Program-made: the position numbers and the translations under genes
From: Dimorphilus gyrociliatus
Taxonomy: Eukaryota > Animalia > Annelida
Length of the DNA: 35,846 bases
Direction: 5' to 3'
Assembly: GCA_904063045.1 (NCBI GenBank)
Contig: CAJFCJ010000117.1
Span: forward strand, 12,809-48,654
The notes under the pieces: model-generated
Told to the model about the DNA's origin: nothing
Seen by the model: only the letters and a program-made list of their open reading frames with translations
Database searches by the model: none
Shown: positions 1 through 10,728 of the stretch, piece by piece
How the letters are laid out: every line of letters starts with the position of its first letter
How positions within the stretch are numbered: the stretch's first letter is position 1

Positions 1-57
1 AGAAATTCGAATAATTTTAATAATAATTCTCTTTTAATATTTTGAAAAAAAAAGCAG

Positions 58-848
58 TTGCTATGGTGAATTTACAAATAATGTTTTGGGGAAGGTGAAT
101 CCGAAATTTAAACCAGATGTTGAAGGTTTAAAAGTTGCTTTTTCTCTTTCTCTCGTCAATATTGCATGGGAAGATAAAGGAGTATTTAGCTTTGTTGCTT
201 GGCCAAAAATGGTATGTTTTTCTAATACAAAATAGACTATAAATATCTATTATAAATATTTTAATAATACAGAATTGGACTGATCCCAGATTAACATGGA
301 AATCTGAGAAATTTCAAGAAATTCACCTACCAATTGATGATATTTGGATGCCAGATGTCATTGCCTATAATCTGTATGTTGAACATTCATTATTATTATT
401 TAATTAATTCAATCGATAAAAATGAAATAAAGCTTGTTTATCTCAGATTGGAGGCTGAAGATTATTTAATCAAACCTTTGGCAGTTGTATATTCCAATGG
501 TTTTGTTCTTGTTATCCCATCCAAGAAATATGTTGTAAGTTGACACTGACAACTTCTTATTATATAGTAACACTAATACATTTTCCCATTCCTTTCTCTA
601 TTCAGGTTCGTTGCACAGAGGATAAAGATCATTTGTACACGTGCACTATAACTTTCGGCTCTTGGACTTACAGCAATAAAGACATAGATCTTGTGTTGAG
701 CAGCGATCAACTGGATCTGGATCTTTACGAAAATAAAGATTTTGAAATTGTCGATAGTGATGTTGTTCGTACAGAGAAAAAGTATTCGTGCTGTCCAGAA
801 TTGTATATTAGTTTAAAGTATACTATTCAACTTAGACGAAAAGTGTAA
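58..848 (+). CDS. Acetylcholine-binding-protein-like (soluble Cys-loop ligand-binding domain); 5' exon(s) lie outside the window
   Basis: Exons 58-211, 273-373, 447-534 and 606-848 join in frame across GT-AG introns. The product has loop D W (AWPKM), WTDPRLTW, loop A WMPDVIAYN, loop B FGSWTY and loop C YSCCPELY with vicinal cysteines. It stops at RRKV*, where TM1 would begin. Confidence 0.88.
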
Positions 849-1033
849 TTCTTATTTGAAATGCTCTACTTTTAATTCTCCTTTTTTAATAAACAATCAA
901 TACAAGTATAAGAGAAAAATATTTGGTTTGTTATTCGTTGATTCCAACAAAAAGTAGGTCATACAATTAAAAAATCATTTATCATTACTAAATTGTAGGT
1001 TTACCGACTAGAATCAATACTCTTGTAATACAG

Positions 1034-1046
1034 TAGTGACATCTCC
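1034..1046 (-). promoter_or_regulatory. CTCF-like motif candidate (GGAGATGTCACTA on - strand)
   Basis: Resembles the invertebrate CTCF core (T/C)AG(A/G)TG(G/T)C(G/A)C and lies intergenic, 3' of the AChBP-like gene. Motif match only. Confidence 0.25.
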
Positions 1047-1238
1047 ATTTTCATTTGAATATAGGCAGAAATATCCGTACGGATTGTTCAAGAGTTGTTA
1101 ACAGATGTTTTTATTATTTTATTTCATAAATTTAGTATCTTATGAAATATGAAAAATGAAATTATAGATTAATATAATAAAAAGGAAAACTTTTTAGAAG
1201 TAAACGAGATTAATGATATGAAAAAATTTTAATCATGC

Positions 1239-1469
1239 TCAATTGAGCATATAGTCATATATTTTCTTATCCATTGCTTTCCAATCAAAGACCTTCCACT
1301 TTGAAAGTGGACAACGGGTTTTAGGATAAACGTTTCTTCCAAAACCATAATGATCTTCATGATCTAAAACGATGATATTCTTATCTTTAATCATCTTTTT
1401 CAGATTTTCCTTTTGCTGTTCAGAAGTGGTGATACAGATGTAATTTTTGAATTTTCCTTCATCAGCCAT
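1239..1469 (-). CDS. Small hypothetical protein (76 aa)
   Basis: True ATG in a good context (acaATGg) and a hydrophilic, protein-like composition. No recognisable domain. Confidence 0.3.
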   Translation of the reverse strand: MADEGKFKNYICITTSEQQKENLKKMIKDKNIIVLDHEDHYGFGRNVYPKTRCPLSKWKVFDWKAMDKKIYDYMLN

Positions 1470-1615
1470 TGTGTCTTTTGAGAGTTTCTATTGCAGAATG
1501 AATATTTAAATACAATGGATTAACCATACAACTATGGATTTAATGACGTAAGTAGTGGATATTTAGTTTTAACCATTTGAATTAATTACTGTGTAAAATA
1601 TAAGTAAAATATAGT

Positions 1616-2545
1616 TTACTGGACAGTAGTGACACCTACATTTCTATAAACAATCCTCTTCAAAATATTTTTGTAAAATATCTTTGTTTGAATTCTTATG
1701 GAGGATTTAGTATAACCATGAACTAGCGGATTTACTGTTGAATTTGAAGCCATAATTGCTGTAAATACGTCAACTAGTAATATAAACTTGGAATCGGAAA
1801 GAATATAATTCAATCTGTGTCTATTGTAATGAACAATAACCAATACGACTGATAAACTCCAAAAGAAACAATTCATTATTAAAAGACAAGTTAAAACTGG
1901 TATACTACTGCCTGTAGATTCTATATTAACGGCGTTCGTTCTATCGGAAATTATCTTTCTGTGTCTTTTTATCGCTCGAAGAATGGGAATGTAGAGTAAT
2001 AGACTAGCAATAGAACTCGGTAAAACTGTACTAAATGACCAAAAATGAAGATAAGAAAATGAGAAAACTTTTAAAATATTACATTGAAATGTATCATTCC
2101 TATTCAAACTTAATTCGTAACGATTCCAACCCATAACCGGAAGTGAACAAATAAAAACGTTAACGAACCATACGCAAGAAAATAGGAGAAAAGCCCTTCT
2201 AGTTGTCCATAGTTTGGTAAAGGTTAACGGTTTAACAACTGCCATAAACTTTTCAAATGTAATTAGGGTCAATGTCGAACAGGAGATTGAAACTACTAAG
2301 AAAATAACCTGAAATCCGCAAAGACAACTGTAATAACTTATATCATAGTTATGCAGAATTATGAATATAAGTAACGTCATTGAATATAAGACATCAGTAA
2401 ATGTCAATGCAGTCATTCCAAAGTTATGTAATTTCCATAAATCTTTATTAACCATATGAATTATTATTAAATTACTGTTTAAAAGTAGGTCAACAATTTG
2501 AGTACAACCAGAAAATAGCGATATATAAACGCTTACGTACACCAT
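1616..2545 (-). CDS. Orphan class A (rhodopsin-like) GPCR; N-terminus possibly incomplete
   Basis: Seven hydrophobic segments, with TM2 LTFTD, TM3 cysteine and TFEKF (DRY equivalent), TM4 W then LPVMGWNRY, an ECL2 cysteine, and TM7 NSTVNPLVH. The ORF starts directly at TM1. Confidence 0.85.
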   Translation of the reverse strand: MVYVSVYISLFSGCTQIVDLLLNSNLIIIHMVNKDLWKLHNFGMTALTFTDVLYSMTLLIFIILHNYDISYYSCLCGFQVIFLVVSISCSTLTLITFEKFMAVVKPLTFTKLWTTRRAFLLFSCVWFVNVFICSLPVMGWNRYELSLNRNDTFQCNILKVFSFSYLHFWSFSTVLPSSIASLLLYIPILRAIKRHRKIISDRTNAVNIESTGSSIPVLTCLLIMNCFFWSLSVVLVIVHYNRHRLNYILSDSKFILLVDVFTAIMASNSTVNPLVHGYTKSSIRIQTKIFYKNILKRIVYRNVGVTTVQ

Positions 2546-2630
2546 GTTTATTACTCTACAACTTTTTCATATAAAAAGAGGGATGAAACTAAGCAAAACT
2601 GCATTATAAGAACGATTATGAATATGAATA

Positions 2631-2654
2631 ATATATATATATATATATATATAT
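2631..2654. repeat. (AT)n microsatellite
   Basis: About 12 perfect AT units. Confidence 0.95.
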
Positions 2655-2890
2655 ACATTTAACCCTGATTGGCTGATTAACAAAACATCTAAATTCTACA
2701 ATATTTTACAATTATTGTCTGCGTCAGAGTAGAGAATCTTTAACCTTCGTCTTTAGATTACTAATTGGGTGAAAGCTTTCAGAGACAGGGAAGATTAGAT
2801 TATGGATTGATAAAAATGGCTGAGAGGAATAAGATACCTATTCCAGGGGTAGTCCATTTAAAGGCGTTTTTCATGACATTCTATCTCTTA

Positions 2891-2950
2891 TGAGAGAGGG
2901 GGGAGAGAGAGGGAGAGGGAGAAAGAAAGAGACATAGAAAGAGAGAAAGA
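2891..2950 (+). repeat. GA-rich low-complexity tract
   Basis: Imperfect (GA)n/(GAAA)n purine tract. Confidence 0.8.
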
Positions 2951-3563
2951 GTATTTATCTTTATCGAATTATTTTTTTAATAGTATCTCTCTACTATCAA
3001 AACGTATAGACCGAGGGAACGAGGAGAAGCAGGGGGAGGAGAAAAAGATTCCTTACTATTAAAGGAAAATTTCGTACCTGAAATACGTAATTGGGAATAT
3101 AAGAATTCCAATAAAATCTTTCGCAAGACTCGTTCATTGCAGTTTCAAAGTTTTATACTGGAAATATAGCGTTATCTCTTGCAATACTTTGATAAATTAT
3201 ACTGGATTAATAACTGCAGTAAAATCTTTAAAATGTCTATTTGCTTTTGCATAAACTGTATTAAAAACAAGAATTAAATCTCTCAATATACCTATCCTTG
3301 TGAGAATTGAACTATTCAATTTATGTTATCTCTACATTTCATTCTTCTTTACACTGTATAAAATTAAAAATGTTTGAACTGTTACTATTTCCAGAATGGA
3401 TCGATTAATCCCATTGATTGAGTTCTGTTGAAATAGCGTGCAGCTTCTAATCTAAAAATAGATTTGAATAAAAAGAATCAGAAGGATTACTCATGAACTT
3501 GTTAAGGACACTTTTTTTGTTGCTATTTTCATTTAGTACCATCAATCACACCATTCGTCTAGG

Positions 3564-4419
3564 ATGCTCTACAAATATCTTATTATTCTTATTATCATTC
3601 TAAAACGGAATATTCTTTGCAGTAGGCCTATTAGTTCATTTTAAACAATATTTGTTTTTTACACCCATTCAATTCCCCCCTTTTAGAATACGAATATGAG
3701 AAATATGACGGAAAATTTCTGCTTGGATACGATATTGTACCGTTGGAAGATTCTCTCTTAAATCATACTATTTCCTTGGAGTATTGTTTAGAAATATGTA
3801 ACAGATATTTAAATTGCAGGTAAGTATATCTATGCATTTTGTATTATATCTTTATCAATTATCCCTCAACTGCAATAACAGAGCAGTAAATTATGATAAT
3901 ACAATTAAAACTTGCAATTGGAAAAGTAGCGGAAGTGTTATTGAATTAGTTGGAAATAGTTATTCTAGTTTTGATTATTATTTGAAAAAAAATGATTCAA
4001 GTCCATGCAAATATAATGTCTTGAATCGGAAATTTGTGAAGAATTCTATTGTTTATATTAATAATGAAAAATTGGAAAAACTTCACACAGATTTTATAGA
4101 TGATTGCAAAAATGTTTGTAATAAATATATTGAATGCAAGTTTGTCTTTTTTTTCTTTTATTTTTTTAATAATAAATTCTCCCTATTTTTTGAAAATTTT
4201 CCAATTTTTAGAGGATTCGATTACAATTTTGCCAAGAAAGAATGTTGGTTTAATAATATCACACACACCAATCCTAATAGTGATGTTATAACTAAGAACA
4301 AACTTCATCTATTTGAGAAGATAAATTCAAATTGTACTTCGTCAAGTATGTCAATATTATTAATATTTTTTATTATTTGCATTGAAATCTCCATTAAGAA
4401 GAAAATTTCACTTCAATAA
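3564..4419 (+). CDS. Secreted or membrane-anchored protein with two PAN/apple domains
   Basis: Signal-peptide exon 3564-3621 (MLYKYLIILIIILKRNILC) and phase-consistent introns 3622-3686, 3820-3881 and 4140-4211. Two PAN cysteine patterns: CLEICNRYLNCRAVNY..C and CKNVCNKYIECKGFDY..C. The 3' end is ambiguous (read-through to 4419, or splicing to a stop at 4466). Confidence 0.8.
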
Positions 4420-4558
4420 TGTAATATAAAAACTTAAATAGCGAATATTTAGGTTTAGAACCCTAACCCTCTTATTCAAACAAGTAGGCATCTGGTGTTT
4501 ATTTAACGTTCAGAATGCAATATTAGTTTTACTCAAAGGTAATTAGACCTACAAACGG

Positions 4559-4580
4559 TATATATATATATATACACACA
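4559..4580. repeat. (TA)n(CA)n microsatellite
   Basis: TATATATATATATATACACACA. Confidence 0.85.
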
Positions 4581-5074
4581 GAGACTCAATAGACAACCTG
4601 GAAGTAATTTTGTTCATAATTTGCAAAAATAAATACGAGATTGATTATAGTTTCCACCAACAAATTCGCATCCGAAATGTTGGATGCCATTGAAAACTGG
4701 TGCAATTTATAAATCTAATAGAATGTATACAATAACACCCAAATATTCTGATATTCCTTTTTTAAAAATAAATACAATTCTGTAGGCTTTCATCTTTAAT
4801 CAATATGTGAAAATGTTAGAATTTTGAAGCAACAGACGACCAAAGTATTCTTAAATTAAGATTTGCTTTGGTGTGAATTCCAATAAAAGTGTTAGAATAG
4901 ACTATTTTAATATATTAGATACAATCGCAATACTGCACTGTATACTGTCATTCGATTCTGTCAAGCCAATACAAATTTATTTTGGTATAAGCCAAACTGC
5001 AAATTAGGAGATCTACATGTTCTGATCAATGAGAAATTATCCCATTTTTAGTGCATGAGAAGGCCTCTTCAATG

Positions 5075-5975
5075 AATAGTTTGCACACTGTTAAAAAGCT
5101 ATTTTGGGAATGAAACTCTCAGTTAAGGTTAGGTAAGAGGGTGGGAATCCAACATAAAAATGGAAGAAAAACTTTGAAGACTTGCTAAGAACTGGTCACC
5201 CAAAGACATCTGCAATAGATCAAAATAGAGAAACAATTGACAGGCTTATCAGGAGAGATCAGACTGCATCTCAAAGAGAAATAAGCAAAAAATTAAATAT
5301 TTATTAAGAGGCTGTTGGGAAGATGATCAAGGAGTTGGGGTATAGAAAAATTTATGCAAGATGGATTCCATAAGATCTTAATGAGGACCAAATGGACGTA
5401 AAGGTACTTGGCGGTGAGCAGGTGAAACCGTACATAGATTAAACTGTACCCATAAGTGAAATGAAAAAACATCCATGTATTGTTGTGTTTAGAATAAGGC
5501 AATCTCAAAGTCCAAAGATGACTTTTTCATGCTCTGACATGTTAATCATATTCTTAATTGGCTACCGAAAAATTTTCTAAAAGTTAACTTAAAAAGTTTA
5601 TTGATCTATGCTTAAAATAATAGTTTCATATAATAAAAAATTCATATATTAAGGAAAATCTTTGTTTAAAAATGTACCCTCACATTCCTCATTACTTAGC
5701 TACTCCAAGGGTGAAAAAGAAGACTTTTTGAAAGAAATAGTTACTGGAGATGAAGGTTGCGTACATCTTTATGATCCAGAATCTAAGAGGCTTTTTTGAC
5801 CTATATGAAGACCCAGAAGAGGTTATGAAGAGATTATATAGAATAAAGTCTGGAAAAGAGATCATATTGCAACATGATAATGCCAGACCTCATACCAAAA
5901 ATTTCATAGAAATCTAGAATGGTCTATATATTCATACCCACCATTTGATTATTATCTGTTTGGATCACTAAAATA
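5075..5975 (+). mobile_element. Degenerate mariner-type DDD transposase remnant
   Basis: Conceptual translation gives ARWIP (WVP motif, 5356-5370), IVTGDE (5737-5754), YDPESKR (5770-5790), HDNARPH (5873-5893) and DYYLFGSLK, with stops and deletions. Confidence 0.9.
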
Positions 5976-6987
5976 TCACCAAAAATACAAAGTGATTGAA
6001 ATATTCCGATCATACCTAATCATTCATGATTTCTTTAGTTTTTTATAAACTGTTCAAGTTTTCTCTTTTAAAATGACTGCCTTTCTTTTCTCTAATTTGA
6101 ATTAAATGACTTACGATAAAATGTGTTTTCTCTTTAATACAATCATTTGACAAATGATATTGAATTGTGCTTGATTGTTTATTCCTTTTCCTCTTTTGCA
6201 TTTCGAATTAGGTTGTGAATTTTTGATTAATTTACTTATAAGAGATAATTTTAACATTGTCTATGATGAACAAAGAACAAGATTATTCCTTTTTACTTTT
6301 CTCATTTATCTTTATTAATTATTCAATTTTTAATTTAGCTAGTTCCAAGTCACATAGTTTGTAGATGGAATCCTTCATAAGTACAGGTGAGAATATATAG
6401 GTCATTATCTAGTCCTAATAAATAAATGGACGAGTTTATTTATAATTAAACAGTAAGAAGAAAAACTAATAGATTTTGACATATTGGGATTTGAATCTAG
6501 TTTTATAACCTTCTCTTTCCTTTATTTATTCAAGAGGAACACCAATTGACTTCAAGAACTGTCTATCAATTTGCTTGCCTTTTCCAAAAAAATTTTGTAT
6601 GGAATTATAAATCCTCACAAAAATATGTAAATAATTTGTAAACTAGGAGAGGTAGAGGTATCTGAAAACTACTCAAAACTAGACAAAATTTCCTACATTT
6701 TAGTCAAATTTTTTTTAAAACAAGGACATTGATTACCCTTCAAAATAGCCCCTACAAAAACATAATCCATCGAATGAAAAATTTCTTTCACCACTTTACA
6801 TTTATTGACTTTTTAGTAGTTGTTTTCAAAGGTTAAAAAGTTGTATAAGACTTGACAAGGTTTGTAAAGTCTAAAGTCTAAAGTCAAGTATTCAATAAAA
6901 AACATAATATTAGATTTGTCATGCTTCAAACACATGAACGATGATAAGAGTTCAATTGCATTATACTGTATATATATAAGAATAATC

Positions 6988-7197
6988 GGGGATCAACAGA
7001 AAACGGCCCCAAGAAGGATATTTGAAGGCAGCATTTTGGGTTAAGAAATGGGTTAGGAGGAAAAAAGCATTTATTGATTTGTAGTTAAGGGGTCCCATCT
7101 AAGGGTTAGGAGTAATGAAAAAGGGTTACGGATACATTAGGGATGGTTTAGGCTTAGGGTAAAACTATGCTTTTGGGGCCGTTTTCTGTCGCATCCT
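6988..7197. mobile_element. MITE copy 1 (210 bp) with TIRs and telomere-like internal motifs
   Basis: A perfect 17-bp inverted core ACAGAAAACGGCCCCAA / TTGGGGCCGTTTTCTGT. The 7-bp flanks are AATAATC / AAGAATC (6/7 match, TSD-like). Internal GGGTTAGG and TTAGGG motifs. Homologous to 34806-35014. Confidence 0.85.
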
Positions 7198-7364
7198 AAG
7201 AATCGCCTATAACTTAGCACTAACAATGATATATTCCACAATATGATATTTTTTAATATTAAAGAATTTAATGTTCAATTCTTACCTAGTTCTCTTTTGA
7301 ATATGCAACTCGGTTTTATACAATGCTACACGTTACTGATGAATCAAATTCTAGAATATTTAGC

Positions 7365-8453
7365 TTACTTTAATTGTACATAGACAGTATTTGCATAACT
7401 CCGAAATCCTCTAAGGGGTAGTTTCATATTAATTTGAATACTTTTGCAATGTTTCTTTGTAAGTAAAGGAGTTACAGTGCTTCTGAACAATTTATATGTA
7501 CTCTTCTTTTGAGCATCAAATGGATAAAGTAAAATATCGCAAAGATATGGTGGTTCGTAGATAACTGATAGTAATTTGTCAAGGTTACTGCCAACTTTTT
7601 GTCGAAATTTTGAATTCAATTCGAATGATTTATTATAAGCACCAAAATTATCAATGTATCGTTTTGTATAGAATTGGGATGAGACTTTAACTAGACATCC
7701 AGCCGCGTCGCAAGCCTGTCTTACGGAAAGATTATTACTTAGGCCACTGGTCGAACCTGCAAGATAGTTATCATCAAAAATGATATGCTTGAATCCGTGT
7801 TTAGCAGCTTGAACAATTCTTTTATAAACTGATTGATGATCGTCGAAATAGACGATTGTCTTTTCACGTTTAATCTTCTCTTTCGACCAATCAATTCTGT
7901 TGAAATCCAAAAATTTCTTACTCGTAAAATATTTCGTTGAGTTTCTTTTATCTAAATATTGGTTTGGTGTTGTTGGACTAATCACTGTAATTCTTGCTTT
8001 GGGTAGAGCTTTGCGGATAAGCCATGTTCCATAACCTTTGTTGGCACCACTTTCAATCACGTGCTCAGGTTGCATTATCCTCAAGAATGACCATAAAGCA
8101 AATCTGTTGTTTATAGATCCATCTGTAGTGAAATTATGTAATCTTTTTGAAAATATTTGTAGAAAAGGACCAATAAATTGAAAGAATTTGTCTTCCTTGA
8201 AGAATGGAACCAAATGATGATTTCTTCCACATCTATAAATAGACTTTAAATCACTTTTACTTGTGAAACAATCAGTTATTTCATAAGCCAAATTCTTAGG
8301 TTTATTCGAATTTGTACTTGAACTATTATATTTATTAATAGCAGCTCCCTTCTTCTGAATTTCAACTCTGGAATAGACTGTAAATATTAAGATAACTACA
8401 GTAATTACAATTAATAGAATCCAATTGCATCCATTTCTCGAATACACCATCAT
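7365..8453 (-). CDS. Type II membrane protein with class I SAM-dependent methyltransferase-like domain (paralog A), intronless
   Basis: N-terminal TM (WILLIVITVVILIFTVY), motif I-like VIESGANKGYGTW, YFDDHQ and IIFDDNY. The ORF-track start at 8462 is GTG; the first ATG is at 8453. Confidence 0.85.
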   Translation of the reverse strand: MMVYSRNGCNWILLIVITVVILIFTVYSRVEIQKKGAAINKYNSSSTNSNKPKNLAYEITDCFTSKSDLKSIYRCGRNHHLVPFFKEDKFFQFIGPFLQIFSKRLHNFTTDGSINNRFALWSFLRIMQPEHVIESGANKGYGTWLIRKALPKARITVISPTTPNQYLDKRNSTKYFTSKKFLDFNRIDWSKEKIKREKTIVYFDDHQSVYKRIVQAAKHGFKHIIFDDNYLAGSTSGLSNNLSVRQACDAAGCLVKVSSQFYTKRYIDNFGAYNKSFELNSKFRQKVGSNLDKLLSVIYEPPYLCDILLYPFDAQKKSTYKLFRSTVTPLLTKKHCKSIQINMKLPLRGFRSYANTVYVQLK

Positions 8454-9233
8454 TAGTAACACTAAATTCTTTAGTTTACGCCCAAATTAAGAAAAAAATT
8501 TATAAGTCGGACTGCTTTAAAGGGCTGGGTTGGGAATGACTGTTTCGTCTATTGAATTCTCTTTTAAATAGTCCTATTTCTTTCAGGGTTTGGACAAAAA
8601 AATGTTTACTTTTGAATAGAAAATGTGATGAATGGACAACATAGAAAAGCGTACACATACATTCGTCAGCTATACCCTACAATAGAGAAGCAGTATTCAC
8701 CTAGCTTCGCGTAGGCCATTCACATTGTGCGGCAATAAAACCTATTAAATTATATACAGAATATTGCTATTTGCAACCTAGCATTAATATTAAAATTTAT
8801 TAATCTATAAATTTATGATTTTGAACTAAAACTAGTTGAATTAAATATGAATTATGCTTAAATTCTAAGTTTAGATTATATTCACTATCTACTTAACATG
8901 CATTAATTAGATATATTTCCTCCTTATATGCTGATGCTAAAATTACTAACTCAATCAATTGAATATCATTGTTAAAGTAGAATATAAAAAGGGTCAAATA
9001 TACAATCCACATGTTTTCTTGATTGTTGGACTTGTCCTATTCAAATTGTTACATCTTATGCAACTCTCCAACCTGAGAAATTCAACTATTATTTAGAAGA
9101 GGAAAACAATAAAAACATGACCATATTTACAACTTTTCTTTGTCTTCAAATGTTACTTTTGTTTTTGTCAACATTGAGATTTGTGAAGTATCAACCCTTA
9201 AAAGAGTATATAAAGCCTACGAAATTAACAGTT

Positions 9234-9501
9234 GACAGTTCAGTTTTCTAACCGTCAGCTAGTTGTTTAAACTAGCTTGTTTAGAACTAGAAGCTCATTT
9301 TACTCAATACATATTCTTTGCACGAAATACTTGTGTTTTGTTGATTAATTTCTACCGAAATTACATTTGTTAGACTATTTGTGGACGAACTTTAAAGGTT
9401 CTATTTGTGTGAGTACTTTGGCAAGTTGGCAAATGATTGGAAAGGACGATTACAATTGTGACGAACCAGAAATTCATGCAATTACAATACAACAAAGTAC
9501 A
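9234..9501 (+). repeat. Dispersed repeat shared with 29047-29122
   Basis: Segments 9234-9271 (CAGTTCAGTTTT..GTTGTTTAAA) and 9467-9501 (CAGAAATTC..CAATTACAATACAACAAAGTACA) both recur at 29047-29083 and 29088-29122 in the same orientation. Confidence 0.75.
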
Positions 9502-9753
9502 AAAAGCATGAGAATTTTTTATTTTTTTCGAAAATGTCCCTAAAAAAAAATATTTTCCGCCTCAAACTTCGTAGAATATTCTCTACTAGACATATTCCAT
9601 ATTTCCCTTTTGATATCACTGCTATCTTATCATATATAGCTACAGGAACTTTTAAAATTGGGGACTTTTTTTCGCCAAATTTGGCTAGTCAATAATAGTA
9701 TAAATTTGTGACAGGTGCTACGGTATAATTCTCAAACTAATTCTCTGTACTAA

Positions 9754-9766
9754 TAGCGACATCTAT
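9754..9766 (-). promoter_or_regulatory. CTCF-like motif candidate (ATAGATGTCGCTA on - strand)
   Basis: Motif match between divergently transcribed genes. Confidence 0.3.
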
Positions 9767-10728
9767 TTTAGTTACTCCCCCTAGTTGTTTAAAAAATTTT
9801 TAAGAGTATCAAGTCGATAATGCAAGAGGATTTGCGATTAATGACGTGAAACTGGAAATGGTTTAATCCGTTAATCCATAAATTTGGTAATAGCACTTCC
9901 CACGCTATTACAATAATATAGATATTTTTATGTTATTCAATACTTTAAAGATTACTTAAAAGAATTCTTCTCTTCCATTTTCTTTGTTGGTTTATCAATG
10001 AATATAGGCTTATTTATGCAAAATCGCCATTGGCGTCATTGTCATACATAGTCTTGTATATTTTTAAATTTATATGTCAATTTTACAACAGAGTCGCAGG
10101 TGTAAAATTTTGAAAGCCATTTCCAAGTATATTTATTATCAATACCAGTTAAGTTTATGAATTTTTAATGCAATTACCTTTTCTACAAGAATAATTACTG
10201 AGAATTATATAGGTCATAATCTAGACCTTATGGAAAAATAGGAATAATTCTCTCTCCTTTTCGTTTGTTGACGAGGGAAGACACCAATCGATTAAACTAA
10301 AACTGTAATAGTATGATGATTTATAATTATGAAAAATTAATAAAATATTCATAACCTACTTTTCATAGTAAGTTAATAATAGCAAAATATATAACGTAGC
10401 TTATTGTTTAAGTATTAAATATGGCTATATAATTTGAATTTGTGCCTGATAGAAACTGGTAAACAAGTAACACTTTCTTTTTTTCTTTTATGATAAATTT
10501 CGTTAAAAAAATTCTTTACCCATTATAATTGTATGGTTAATTATAAAATTTGAATTATTTCTCGATTAGTCACGTGATAATAGCAAGAAGAAATCTTTTA
10601 TTAAAGTAAATTTAGTTGGATAATTATATATTATATTTTAAATTAAAGCAATTATACATTACGTATAGAAAATAGTCTATATAAGTTCGTTGATTTTCAA
10701 CCAAATTCCTGACAATTGGCGTGACAAA

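Noticed and set aside
1616-2545. Opsin call for the GPCR because of the LPVMGWNRY motif
   Set aside because: The residue six before the TM7 NP (the K296 equivalent) is Ala, so there is no retinal-binding lysine.
4461-4470. CCCTAACCCT and other short TTAGGG-like hits as telomere or interstitial telomere
   Set aside because: At most two units. The richer hits are explained by the MITE interior.
4100-5508. Track ORFs 4100-4291 (+) and 5293-5508 (-)
   Set aside because: One is an alternative frame over the PAN gene and the other is antisense to the mariner remnant. Neither has protein features.
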